Source: Octopus bimaculoides
Taxonomy: Eukaryota
Assembly: GCF_001194135.2 (NCBI RefSeq)
Contig: NC_068981.1
Coordinates: 15,319,981-15,380,092, forward strand
Direction of reading: 5' to 3'
DNA: 60,112 nucleotides
Shown here: piece by piece, positions 26,677-39,339 of the stretch
Layout: each line of letters starts with the position of its first letter
Position numbering within the stretch: the first letter of the stretch is position 1
Position numbers and translations under genes: made by a program
Notes under the pieces: generated by a model
The model's database searches: none
Told to the model about the DNA's origin: nothing
What the model saw: the letters and a program-made list of their open reading frames with translations, nothing else

Positions 26677-27431
26677 AATATACGCAGCAGCATTCATCCT
26701 AGGGCCTTGTGGGAAAAAGTGAGGAGACATCACATGACCTTCATTGCTAACAACGCCAAAAACCATGACACTTGCAGGAAGTTTTGTGTGCATTACTCTT
26801 GGAACTTCAGTCATCTGTCATTTCTTCTACTAGTTTTCTGGACCTCATCAATTTTTTCTCGTCCGAGAAAAACCAACGCACACCATCTTCTGGTGGATTT
26901 TTAAGTTTGTTCAAAGTCTTTTAGATCTGATTAAACGGTTTTCTTCTGTGTTTTTTAATTATTTTTCTGACATGAATTGACCTCTCCTCATGATGTAAGA
27001 TTTGTATCTGATGTCTTCATGCACAACGTTTGGGATTGTTTCTTCTGACACACATAAATTTTTTGCAATCTACCTCATTGATTTTTCTGGATTGTCTTCA
27101 CTGTTTTGCTTAACATCCTCAATAGATTCATGTGTCCTGATAGAATCAGATTGTTAAGAATGATTTTATGATTTGAAACAGGTAATATGCTTCCATCTTC
27201 TTTCACTAACTCACACCGAATCTTCTAGGCAAAATATCTTGCAACATTCAGAAGAGGAGAAATTTCTAAATCACCATGCTTAGCCTTCAAAGTAACAGTC
27301 CCAACATGCCTTTTCATTTCATTAGTAAGCACAGGGGTCTGTCATTGTTATTTTCTGAAATAGAAGTTCAAAAGAAATTAGTCAAATAAAATGATGACTA
27401 AAAATACACGTCCTCAAATACTCTCCGCACC

Positions 27432-27434
<3 letters not shown>
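26677..27434 (-). mobile_element. Tc1/mariner transposase relic (maT/DD37D-like), 3'-truncated, one terminus retained
   Basis: Minus strand: VVHEDIRYKSYIMRRGQFMS, WFFSDEK, RRNDR, MHTKLPASVMVFGVVSNEGHVMSPHFFPQG, NAAAYI; terminus TA|CAGGGTGCGG at 27434-27436. Confidence 0.85.
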
Positions 27435-27475
<41 letters not shown>

Positions 27476-27756
27476 ATACATTTACATTTTGTGAGTCTCT
27501 CTCTCTCTCTGTCTATCTATCTATTTATCTATCTCTCACTCTCTCCTCTTATACACATATTTGTACATAGATGTATGTTTTATTGGAAATTTAAAGTTAC
27601 CTTCATTTAATAGCAATGGCATATATCTTTATGTTTATTGATATACATTAAAATCCATATTTCCAAATTTATATTTCCTTTAAAAGTGGAAATTTCGTAC
27701 TTAAATATTAGTCCTTTATACACGTGTTCTAGTAGAGTAATATCTATATATAATTA

Positions 27757-27925
27757 AGGCGGAGCGCTGGCAGAATCGTTAGCCTGCCAGGCAAAATGTT
27801 TTTCGATATTTCGTCCATATGTGTTCTGAGCTCAAATTCCACAGAGATCCATTTTGATTTCGTCTCTTCGGGGGTCGAAGAAATAAGCCCCATTTGAGCA
27901 CTGTGGTCGACGGAATTGAATACTC
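27757..27925 (+). mobile_element. SINE family A, diverged
   Basis: GGCGGAGCGCTGGCAGAATCGTTAGC head and TTCGGGGTCGA body. Confidence 0.78.
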
Positions 27926-28589
27926 AACATTGCTGAAATTATGTCAAAAGTTCAAATCAACATATATATACACTTGCTTGAACTAACGCATACATCAGTT
28001 TAAATGTAGTCACATATTTTCACTTCTATTTTTTATAATGGTGCGTATCTCTTACATATATTACCTTTCCTCAGTTATATCAAAGTGTGTCACCACACAT
28101 TTAATTCTGCGCATACATTATTCACACTTTTATTTGGCAAATATTTTCGCAGCTTAAAAATGTATAATTCCCTTCTCTATGTTTGACACTAATTTATTGA
28201 AATTCTTCATTTTAATTGTTAATATATTCAAGTGTAATGAATACTAATATATGATCATTTTCTTTAGTATTATCACCGTCATCATCGTCATCATTATTAT
28301 TATTATCATTATTATTATTATTATTTTTATTTTTATTTTTATTATTATTGTTATTGTTATTAATTGCATAATAAAAGAAAACGGTGGAAATGTTTAATAT
28401 TATGCTGCTGTCATTCTCTCTATCCATTTCATACGACAGAGTACTTTTCATAACTTTGACAACCATTTATAATCGATGATTTAACCAAACCCTTTACCGT
28501 TTCACAATTTAAAATAGTTTCCTTTTTTTCCTTTCTGTTAACTCTAAATTTTCTAGCATTTATTCATAAAGCTTAAGTGTGGAAATATT

Positions 28590-28795
28590 ACTTCTAAATT
28601 TTGCCAAAAGGCCAGTAATTTCGGGCAGAAGTAGGTCGAGTGCATCAACACCAGTGTTTAACTTGTGCTTATGTTATGCACCGATAAGAGGAATGTCTAA
28701 GTCGCCCTCAGCAGAATTGGGACTCAGAACTCACAGATGGACTAAATGTTGCTAAGCATCTTGCCTCAGGTATTAATGATTCTACCACCTCGCAT
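28590..28795 (-). mobile_element. SINE family A, highly diverged
   Basis: Remnants of AAGTCG...CAGAATT...ACTCAGAAC and GCTAAGCAT. Confidence 0.6.
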
Positions 28796-28937
28796 CCGTA
28801 AAGATTGGAAGTATTAAAAGTCCTCATATTGTGTAATATAAATACGAGTTTTGTCGGTAATTAAGCAACCAAAATGCCTAAGTTTCTTTTAAATTTAAAC
28901 TTGAGAAACGATGACAGTACACGATGTGATGTCCATA

Positions 28938-29692
28938 CTCGAGATTGCTCCAATCTGGCCAGCCCCAAGAAAATGCTAAGCTAAGAGCGCTAGATTCCTT
29001 GGAAAAAAAGCAGCGAATCTATACGAAATCAAGGACGGGTCATTCGGAGTTTTCTCAAACGGAGAAAGAAGACAACAAGAAAAAGAATACAATACGGTGA
29101 GGACGTGGTACAGGCAGAATATCAATATGTCGCTCAAGGAAGGATGGAAAGGGTGTCTTATGTTTCGAACAAAAGTCGAAACGTAAGCATGGGACAGAGG
29201 AAAGTCCAAAAAGAAAAGGAAGACGGAGAAATAAAATCGCCAACAATCTTCTTACAAATGCGAAGCTTTACAACCACGAAACCAAGGGTTAAAAAATGTG
29301 GACGCTCAAAATGTGAAACATGCTTGAATCTACTGGAAGGCTCGGAATTCCTGTTCAAACGAAGAGAGGGGTTCACAATTACAACCAAATTCACTTGTGC
29401 TTCCAAGAATCTACTTTCTGTTATGACTTCCTCAGGTTGTGGACATAACTATATAAGACAGACAAGTACGACACTGAGACGGAGATCTACGCTAAATAAG
29501 GGCCAGATCCGCTTCCCACAATTCAGACCGATTATTTTGAGTGAACACATAAAGAGATGTCCAAGTAATGTCCAATCAAACTTCACGGTTTTCCCCATCT
29601 ACCAGTGCAAAGAAACAACTATAAAAGAACCATTAAATAAAGAATATTTGCTCATCGAAGAGTACAGAACATGTGAGAATATGAACTCATAG
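28938..29692 (+). mobile_element. Penelope-like element 3' part: Cys-rich linker and GIY-YIG endonuclease (ORF 29105-29692), with terminal-repeat pieces upstream
   Basis: KKCGRSKCETC...FTCASKNLLSVMTSSGCGHNYIRQTSTTLRRR...LSEHI matches the PLE C-x4-C-x2-C linker and the NLIY...C..C...YIGQT layout with decayed GIY/YIG motifs. Confidence 0.85.
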
Positions 29693-31117
29693 CCAAGTTT
29701 GATGTTAGTATATATTTTAATTCATGATCACATACCCATCACTATAGGTTTTGAGTTATTATGCATATTTATCCCCTCCCCGAAAGATGAACAATTACCG
29801 CCCTGTCCCTAATGATGGCGATTACGGTTTACCTGCCCTTAGATTTTTGTAATTCATTCGTAATACATGAACTAAAATCGTTTTATGAAAATACGAAAAA
29901 ATGCTTTTATTTTTTCTTCCATTTGAAATTTTTAACTTTGTAGTTTTCGGTCGTTTTTTACTGTCTTCTTTCCTGTTATGGGTAATTTCTCTTATATTTT
30001 ATATTGTATATATATATATATATATATATATAACTTATCGGAAACAGAATAAGAAAATGAAAAATGGTATATTTTTCATATTTCAAATTATGTGTGCTTT
30101 AAAATAATATTTGCATAGCTGTGTATTTACTATGAGCAATTCGTCGTGCTTGTAGGAGGCCATGTGTAATAATATTAGTGCTGTTGGCTACAAGAATTTT
30201 CATTTAGATAATGAAAAATGAAGGCAGTATGCACAAATATGTGATGGTATGCCTGTAGTTCTTACAATCTCTCTGTTAGTGTTGGTCGTGACACCTCAAT
30301 CTTTGCTAGCAGTAACTTGACTATCAACTTTATACTTTAAACAATATATTTTTTGCTATCCGTTACGATATCCCATTACTCTTGAGTATAATTTGGAATA
30401 ATATTTAAACAAGAGTAGGATATATATTTCTTTCCAAGCTTGATCCGACAGGATATAATAAAAACTTGAATGTCTGAATTTTCTTCTGCCATACTCAACA
30501 CCGAAACATGAAATAGAAACTCCTGAAAGATTTGTTTAAAAATATATTGATTGCTGAAAATTGATTATTTCTTGTATAATTTTATTTTTACTGTATATTG
30601 TGAAATACCTTGAAAAATTAGCTGACATTCGACTGTCAAAATCTGAATAGTAAAATGGAAATATGAATTTGAGTACATGTAGCCATGATCATATTCGTGA
30701 TACCATAGTGAATATTAATAATTTATGTCCACTGAGTCGGTGTGAGTGGGTGTTGTAGCTGTAAGGCGAGGAATGCGAAACATTTTATAGGAATATAATT
30801 TATGTTTTTAAAAATATCTATGATTTAACGGTACGAACACTGGATCTGGACAAGCTCATAAATTTCAACATTCAAAATGTACGATTTAAACTTTGTAGTA
30901 CTCGTTTGTTTCTTTCTAGCTAGTAGTGGTGGTGTTCGTAGAGTGATACTGTTTGTTTACTTTTTGTCATTGGAGAGTGGTTATTTGTTGCTGGTGCCTG
31001 TAGTGCTGGCAGTTGTCTAGTTGTAGTTAGTCCTGTAGTGATGAATGTTTTGACAATATTGTTCTCCGATTCATGACTGCGGGGGGGGGGGTCTGTGCGT
31101 GTGTATGAGTGTGTGTG

Positions 31118-31163
<46 letters not shown>

Positions 31164-31322
31164 CTTGTGCATGTGTGTGGTGTTCATTATTCATGATACT
31201 AATATTTCTGGCGAAAATAAAATGAGAAGATATGTCTCATGGAAATACTGTGGTTCTGAAAATTATCGTTTGAAATTATAGTATACATATACATATTTAC
31301 ATTTACATAGTTATATGTATGC

Positions 31323-31445
31323 ATAGGACAAAAAACAGTGTCTCTAAGAAGGAGACCAAAACAACATAGAGAATAAATCGGTATTCCAAAACATAGACAA
31401 ATATTACTAAGCGGACACATTGAAAGATGTGCGGGAAATCCATAC
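31323..31445 (+). mobile_element. Short GIY-YIG fragment of the same PLE family as 29105-29692
   Basis: IGQKTVSLRRRPKQHRE*IGIPKHRQILLSGHIERCAGN aligns to YIRQTSTTLRRRSTLNKGQIRFPQFRPIILSEHIKRCPSN. Confidence 0.7.
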
Positions 31446-31624
31446 CTGGATACAACTCATTCAACAGAACTCACTACTTGAATGGACCATAAACAAAACT
31501 TGACTTAAAAAGGATTTAGATAAACCTGTCAGGTGGTGCTATTAAGTTAGATATGGCCTGGACCAATCTTTGGTCGAAATATATTTAAGTTTATATATAT
31601 ATATACATATGATGAGAGAAAGTG

Positions 31625-32086
31625 AGAAAGAGGGAGATTGGGACGACGGGCTCCTTTCAGTTTCCGTCCATCAACTCCACTAACAATGCTTTGGTCGGGC
31701 GGAGGATATATTAGAAGACACATGCCTGAGGCTGTAATAGGAAACAGTTGCCGAAGATGCCAGGCAGTTGAACGGAACCCGGAACAATGTGACTGGGACT
31801 CAAGCTTCTTACAACGCAACCAATATATATGTTCTGTTATTCTTGTATACTTTAAATAGTTTGTCATTTGACTGGGCCATACTGGAGCATCACCTGGAAA
31901 GGTTATTTAGTTCAACTAATCGACCGCAGGACTTATTTATTTTTTGTAAGCGTGTTTCCTTTTCTCAACTGGCAAGTTATGGGAACGCAACCACATCAAC
32001 ACCGGTTGTCAAACTGTGATGGGGGGGGGGAGGTTCAGACTCAAAACACACACACACATATATATATATATNNNNNNNNNNTATAT

Positions 32087-32132
<46 letters not shown>

Positions 32133-32265
32133 TTATTTATTTATTTAAACATGACGGGCTTCTCTCAGTTTCCTTCTACGACATACACTCACAAGTTTTG
32201 TTCGGCCCAATATAGTTGAAAAACCTTTATCACAATGAAGCACAATCTTATTGAACCAAAATCTA
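31625..32265 (-). mobile_element. Two degenerate SINE B head/core fragments (about 31625-31830 and 32150-32265)
   Basis: GACGGGCT..TTTCAGTTTCC and CTTTGGTCGG remnants. Confidence 0.6.
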
Positions 32266-32316
32266 TTGTTTGGGAAGCAAGTATCATATGTGTGTGTGTG
32301 TGTGTGTGTGTGTGTT

Positions 32317-32362
<46 letters not shown>

Positions 32363-32847
32363 TGTGTGTGTGTGTGTGTATAAATACNNNNNNNNNNNNN
32401 NNNNNNNNNNNNNNNNNNNNNNNNNNNNNNNNNNNNNNNNNNNNNNNNNNNNNNNNNNNNNNNNNNNNNNNNNNNNNNNNNNNNNNNNNNNNNNNNNNNN
32501 NNNNNNNNNNNNNNNNNNNNNNNNNNNNNNNNNNNNNNNNNNNNNNNNNNNNNNNNNNNNNNNNNNNNNNNNNNNNNNNNNNNNNNNNNNNNNNNNNNNN
32601 NNNNNNNNNNNNNNNNNNNNNNNNNNNNNNNNNNNNNNNNNNNNNNNNNNNNNNNNNNNNNNNNNNNNNNNNNNNNNNNNNNNNNNNNNNNNNNNNNNNN
32701 NNNNNNNNNNNNNNNNNNNNNNNNNNNNNNNNNNNNNNNNNNNNNNNNNNNNNNNNNNNNNNNNNNNNNNNNNNNNNNNNNNNNNNNNNNNNNNNNNNNN
32801 NNNNNNNNNNNNNNNNNNNNNNNNNNNNNNNNNNNNNNNNNNNNNGA

Positions 32848-33693
32848 GTGGGTAGGATCCCACCGAAAATAGAGTTGGAATGGGTAATGGCAGCAGTTTT
32901 TCCTGAAAGTGTAAGAATAATTTTGATAAGCAGAACCCAACAAATAAATTGCTGGGGGTATGGATTGAATGTGCTTTTTATAGCAAGTCAGAAAGTTTAT
33001 AGTGACATACCGGAGACACTGGAGCTGCCTAACGAGGAGAAACTGGACATTATATCGGAGGAGAGACCTCCAAAGTGCTACGAATGTGGTAAAAGAGGTC
33101 ACATTAGAAGAAGGTGCCCAGAAATAATGGAAAACAAAGAAATGGAAACGCAAGAAGGCGTGATAGAGGAGAAGAAACAGTCACAGGAAGAGGAGCAGAT
33201 AGCTGATTTTGAGGAAGCTAAATCAAGGAAGAGAGAAAGGAGGAGTTCATCGCCGAAAGTCGAACAAGGGAAAAAATGCAAATCACAGGATCAAGTGGGA
33301 TCACTGAGGACAGAAGATAATAGCAGCAGAACATTACCACAGAATCATACAGTCTCGCAATCGCACAGACATACAGATACACAGATGCATAAACACACAA
33401 ACATACATACACTGGGAAGCGAAGAAGATAATGCAGAGTTACAGAAACCTAAAAGCACAGAACCTGAAAACACAGACACACAAGCACAACATGCAGACTT
33501 ACAGTCACACAAACATGCAGAACCACAGACAGATAAACACACAGATATACAGTCACAAAGAAATATAGAACAGACGCATGGTAGTACAGAATCACAAAAA
33601 CAAAAAAGAACAGACATACAGACGCAGGAGGTACATAGGAACGGCATATATTTGATGTCATATCGATACACACAAAAAATAGAGAAGAAGATA
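32848..33693 (+). CDS. Gag-like ORF1 fragment of a non-LTR retrotransposon (CCHC zinc knuckle), open at both ends
   Basis: 282 stop-free codons between two gaps; CYECGKRGHIRRRC (C-x2-C-x4-H-x4-C) at 33076-33117, followed by a charged low-complexity tail. Confidence 0.75.
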
Positions 33694-36600
33694 TNNNNNN
33701 NNNNNNNNNNNNNNNNNNNNNNNNNNNNNNNNNNNNNNNNNNNNNNNNNNNNNNNNNNNNNNNNNNNNNNNNNNNNNNNNNNNNNNNNNNNNNNNNNNNN
33801 NNNNNNNNNNNNNNNNNNNNNNNNNNNNNNNNNNNNNNNNNNNNNNNNNNNNNNNNNNNNNNNNNNNNNNNNNNNNNNNNNNNNNNNNNNNNNNNNNNNN
33901 NNNNNNNNNNNNNNNNNNNNNNNNNNNNNNNNNNNNNNNNNNNNNNNNNNNNNNNNNNNNNNNNNNNNNNNNNNNNNNNNNNNNNNNNNNNNNNNNNNNN
34001 NNNNNNNNNNNNNNNNNNNNNNNNNNNNNNNNNNNNNNNNNNNNNNNNNNNNNNNNNNNNNNNNNNNNNNNNNNNNNNNNNNNNNNNNNNNNNNNNNNNN
34101 NNNNNNNNNNNNNNNNNNNNNNNNNNNNNNNNNNNNNNNNNNNNNNNNNNNNNNNNNNNNNNNNNNNNNNNNNNNNNNNNNNNNNNNNNNNNNNNNNNNN
34201 NNNNNNNNNNNNNNNNNNNNNNNNNNNNNNNNNNNNNNNNNNNNNNNNNNNNNNNNNNNNNNNNNNNNNNNNNNNNNNNNNNNNNNNNNNNNNNNNNNNN
34301 NNNNNNNNNNNNNNNNNNNNNNNNNNNNNNNNNNNNNNNNNNNNNNNNNNNNNNNNNNNNNNNNNNNNNNNNNNNNNNNNNNNNNNNNNNNNNNNNNNNN
34401 NNNNNNNNNNNNNNNNNNNNNNNNNNNNNNNNNNNNNNNNNNNNNNNNNNNNNNNNNNNNNNNNNNNNNNNNNNNNNNNNNNNNNNNNNNNNNNNNNNNN
34501 NNNNNNNNNNNNNNNNNNNNNNNNNNNNNNNNNNNNNNNNNNNNNNNNNNNNNNNNNNNNNNNNNNNNNNNNNNNNNNNNNNNNNNNNNNNNNNNNNNNN
34601 NNNNNNNNNNNNNNNNNNNNNNNNNNNNNNNNNNNNNNNNNNNNNNNNNNNNNNNNNNNNNNNNNNNNNNNNNATATATATATATATGAAGTTTGTGTGT
34701 GTGTGTGTGAGTGTGCGCGTTTAACCACGCACACAACGCTCACATCACTTGCGCCATTACACTATGAGTTTGCATATGATTTATTGAATTCTTTGTAATT
34801 GCTTTCTAAATACATTTGCTATTCTCCACCTCATATAGTATACAAGGTAATTTAAATACTTCCGATATATTTTGAGAAATGGAAATTGGAAGACGTTAAA
34901 TGCATTTCAAAATTAGAAGTATTTTAAGCTCAATTCGTTATACAGGAAAGATATTTTGTTTAGATATATATTTCAGGGAACACAAAATACTTAGGTGATT
35001 ATTTCTTGACGAATTCCACACCTAAATGTTAGCAACTTTATTGTCAATCAGTTTGTTAGAATGGACATTAAAAACCAAATTACAATATGAATGACATGTA
35101 CTATTTTAAATATTCTGTTACTTATAGTTAATATTTTAACATATTTTAGTCGTATTAGACGTAAATACGTTTGAATGATACTTCAGTCGACAACAGCGAT
35201 AAAGCACGAGCAGATTTTTCGTCAGTCCTTCTGATAATATGGTAGTAAAGCAATCCCTCAGTAGGTATACGATATTGTGCATTAGCCTCTGTACACTATA
35301 TATGAGATATTTCTTTGAGATTACATTACTTAATAAATAGTAAATTTTAAATATTTAGTCTAAATATGTTAAATTTCCAGTAAATGAATGTAATGTTGAC
35401 GATGTTCCTCTTGATGCTGTTCTATTGCTCCAAATAATCCTGGTCGAGTATAATTATCATAAAACAATTTCATGCATTGAACAGGCAATGTTCCTTGATG
35501 TATCTAATATATCCATCCATCATTCTCTGAACCGTAATCATGAGATTTACTGAGATGGCAGTATATTATATGTCCCTTTGGGCATTGCACAATTTCCAAA
35601 TTGTACTACTGGTATTCCTGGGAGTATAATGTAAGGAAATGGTGAACATTCACGAAGTCTAACATGGGGTATAAAGAGGATCATGCGCTATGTCTTCGTA
35701 ATAATTCGATTTTCTAGGATGCGTCTATGTGTACAAAGTATGTCTTGAATTCAAATTAACGTATTTGATACTCCGTATTAAACCAGAGTTATTCAAATAG
35801 TTTCGAGATCTTAGAAACGGATAACGTATTACGCTATTCTTGATATCACTTGTTGGAATTGTTTTAAAATGTGGTTAGTGGTGGAGATAGAAGTGAAACC
35901 TCACTACCATCTCATGTGCTACGATGTTAGGAATTAGAAGATAAATATCAATCGGATGCTTTCTTTTGTTCTCTTTTCTTTCTTCTTTTAAAAAAAACTG
36001 TTTACGAAGTTGGGAAAAAATATGCACTTTTCTTTTAATATTTACGAATATGTTTGGTTTTTTTTTTTTTAGCAGAAATGACATATTTCTTCTAAATACA
36101 AACCTAGATCCAAAACTGAAATAACTAGCCATTCTATGAATGATACAGAACCTGGAGCGTGTCCGAAACTGAAGGATAACTAGTCAGAAGTAATCTATGT
36201 AAAAATGGGTTGAAAATTTAGCGCGAACACTACAACAAAATGAAATCTACTAAACTGAAAGCATCCAAAGGCCTTTGGATTATATGTTGAAATATTAGTT
36301 ACCGAGATTTTTAAAGAATAAAGTGAGCTGTTTTAGGTTTAACTGTGTAGCTATGTCTTCTACTGTCTTCATCTACTAGCGTTTAAGAAATAAAATGTTA
36401 TATCGTTACCGCATTTGCGTCTACAATACTGTCTTCAATTTGTCATTTGCTGCTTTTGTTCAGATTCAATGTTAAATGCTTGATGAAGGAAGTATTTTAC
36501 AAAACGCGTAATAAAACTATACTGATACAAAATATGATAGATGGCAGCTTGATGACGATATATTAGAAATTAAAACTATATAAATGTTTTATCCTGAAGT

Positions 36601-37681
36601 GATTACCGGATACCTTTTCTTCAATTTCACTGTTTAACTTCAGCCTATTTCAGAAGTGTTACTTTTCAAACAAAAAAGTATTTTTCTTTCCAAATTTTAC
36701 GAATGATGATCATGAGCATTCGTTTCTTATCGAATCATTATATTTAGCCTTAGAATGTTATTTATTATATGAGAAAAAACACCGATCAGCAAGAGAGACG
36801 AGTCCGTTGATATGAACAAGGGAATTGTGTGGAAGAGAATATCTGTATAAAGAAATATCGATTGATTTAAGAGGAAGGGATCTATGGAAGTTGGAAACCC
36901 AGAGACATACGTGATGAAGCTTTTGAAGCTAAGGGAAGAAATAAAAATAAACAGAGATGAATGGGGACACAAAGTGTGCCAGAAAGTTTGTGCAAGTATA
37001 TGGAAATTAAGATTAAAATTAGCAAATTCTGATGGAGGCCGAAAGTAAAATATGCACGCACACTTCTTCACGTCAGGTATTAGTCATATTCTGAACAGTT
37101 CAACAAAGGTTTATAAAAATGTAAGGACAAATACAAATTATTCCTAATCCTTGTACAAAATAATAATAAACACAGGTTTTTATCTGCTTGCTTCGGTATA
37201 TCATTTTTTTGTAGGGAAATATAAGCATAGATGCGTTTACAATTGGAATTCTATGAATAAGTTATATTAACAAAATTAAGCATGAGATTGAGATTCATCG
37301 TCGAAATAATCCAAATTACGGTGACAAATTTATGTCTATATAGTATCAATTAACATTATCACTTGACACTCTTAAATCATTCTTAGTGGATAATACAGAT
37401 ACGGTTATAATACGACAACTAAGTAATTAATCATATAAACGTTGTTAATGAGAGTGGAGTGTGAAAAATTATGTGAGTGATATAAATCTTCTAAAGCAGC
37501 CATAATTTCTAAACGTTGTTTGTCATATTCCTCATAGCTTTGCAGTGAACGTTCTTCCATAAATATTATGTGCCACAGTGTATACCAGTAATATGATCTG
37601 ACTGATTTAATTAACTCTGCCGACTTTCTCTTTCTTGATCCGTGTACACTCACTTGAACGCACACTCGGGCGAACGCACTC

Positions 37682-37750
<69 letters not shown>

Positions 37751-38334
37751 AAAGTGTGCGCGTTGGAGACAGTGCACGTGCATGTGTGTAGTTGTTTGTG
37801 TGTGCAGTCATTTGCTTTAATAAGGGAATCATTGCAGAAATATACGAAGGAAGGAGAAAAGTAACAAACGTGTTCCCTAGACACAGAAACACTGATTTTA
37901 TAGTAATTTTCTATAAGGCTATATTACAATTCTATATTGAGTTATGGCTATATGAACGAATATAAATATTCCACGCATTGAATAGTCTCGTGCGAAGTAG
38001 TTCTTAATATATTAAATCAATTTCTAATCAAAAGGCGATAAAATTTGTAAGTCTATCAGTAGTGTTTCGGTATATTGTAATTCGTAACACTGCTAGACGA
38101 GTAAATAAACGAAGTATATTAATAATTCATACTACATATAATTTATAAACATTCTTTCCTTTTATTGTACGATTGTTGTTGGAAATTATTCCCGGCGACA
38201 TAATGTATATGTGTAACATATTTCTATTTAATACTGGTTAATACAATCCCAACGTAATTTACTTCCGAACCATATACGTAGTTCTTGAATATATGGCTTT
38301 CTATAGCATTACTAATGAGGTAAGGCAATGTATA

Positions 38335-38373
<39 letters not shown>

Positions 38374-38386
38374 GCACACACGCACG

Positions 38387-38429
<43 letters not shown>

Positions 38430-38937
38430 GCATCTATATAATCACACGTATTCATATATGCAAAGATAGATAGATAGATAGATAGAGGTAAATTTCTACG
38501 TGAGATATTATGGAACAGCAAATGTATAAATTCCAAAATATTTGACATATTGTATTAAATTGGTCTAATCTTACTTCAAATTTTATGAATAAAAAGTGAG
38601 GTTTTACTATTCTCTGAAGCTATTCAATGAATTATCATATTCCGTATTAAAGAATACATTTATAAATGACAGTAGATCAAAGTAACTGAATATCAAAATA
38701 TATTTTCATCTTAAGTAAAAGGAGAATTTATAAATAAAAGAAAATATAACTAACTGCATTCACTCGTTGTTCCTGTGTGTTGATGATTCACTTGTTATGA
38801 CAAATATTTCGTGCGTTCTGTAAAGGAACGGATTTTTTCATGCATATCCACACAGACACATACATGTAAGTACATACACACACGTGCAGAAAAGGTCACA
38901 CACACAGATACACACACACATATATATATATATATAT

Positions 38938-39167
38938 AAGGCGAGCTGGCAGAAACGTTAGCACGCCGGGCGAAATGCTTAGCGGTATTTCGTCTGCCGC
39001 TACGTTCTGAGTTCAAATTCCGCCGAGGTCGACTTTGCCTTTCATCCTTTCGCGGTCGATTAAATAAGTACCAGTTACGCACTGGGGTCGATAAAATCGA
39101 CTTAATCCGTTTGTCTGTCCTTGTTTGTCCCCTCTGTGTGTAGCCCCTTGTGGGTAGTAAAGAAATA
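38938..39167 (+). mobile_element. SINE family A (tail type 2), well-preserved copy
   Basis: Near-complete head, body and tail, inserted in a (TA)n tract. Confidence 0.93.
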
Positions 39168-39339
39168 ACACACATATATATATATATCAGAAAGATGACA
39201 CAAGGTAGAAAATGATATAATAATTTTATTATGAAATGCATTTTGTAACGGTCATTACCGGTTTCTGTCATTTTGACTTTTTTCAACTAAGAATAAAATA
39301 AAATTGGATATTAATTAAGAAAAACAATTAAATTGAGGA

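Noticed and set aside
32251-34689. 812-aa ORF and other long ORFs (13477-14338, 19012-19936, 33345-34743, 45938-46567, 47691-48808)
   Set aside because: They read through N gaps; only 32848-33693 is real coding-like sequence.
35380-35720. Minus-strand coding-like patches (KLFYDNYTRPGLFGAIEQHQEEH)
   Set aside because: Fragmented across frames with no identifiable family; cannot be supported without a search.
36727-37071. 114-aa hydrophobic ORF (GPCR/membrane-like)
   Set aside because: Antisense of an AG-rich tract, which yields F/L/S/I by composition; no receptor motifs.
37405-37560. Minus-strand peptide MEERSLQSYEEYDKQRLEIMAALEDLY
   Set aside because: Protein-like composition but no splice signals, motif or paralogue.
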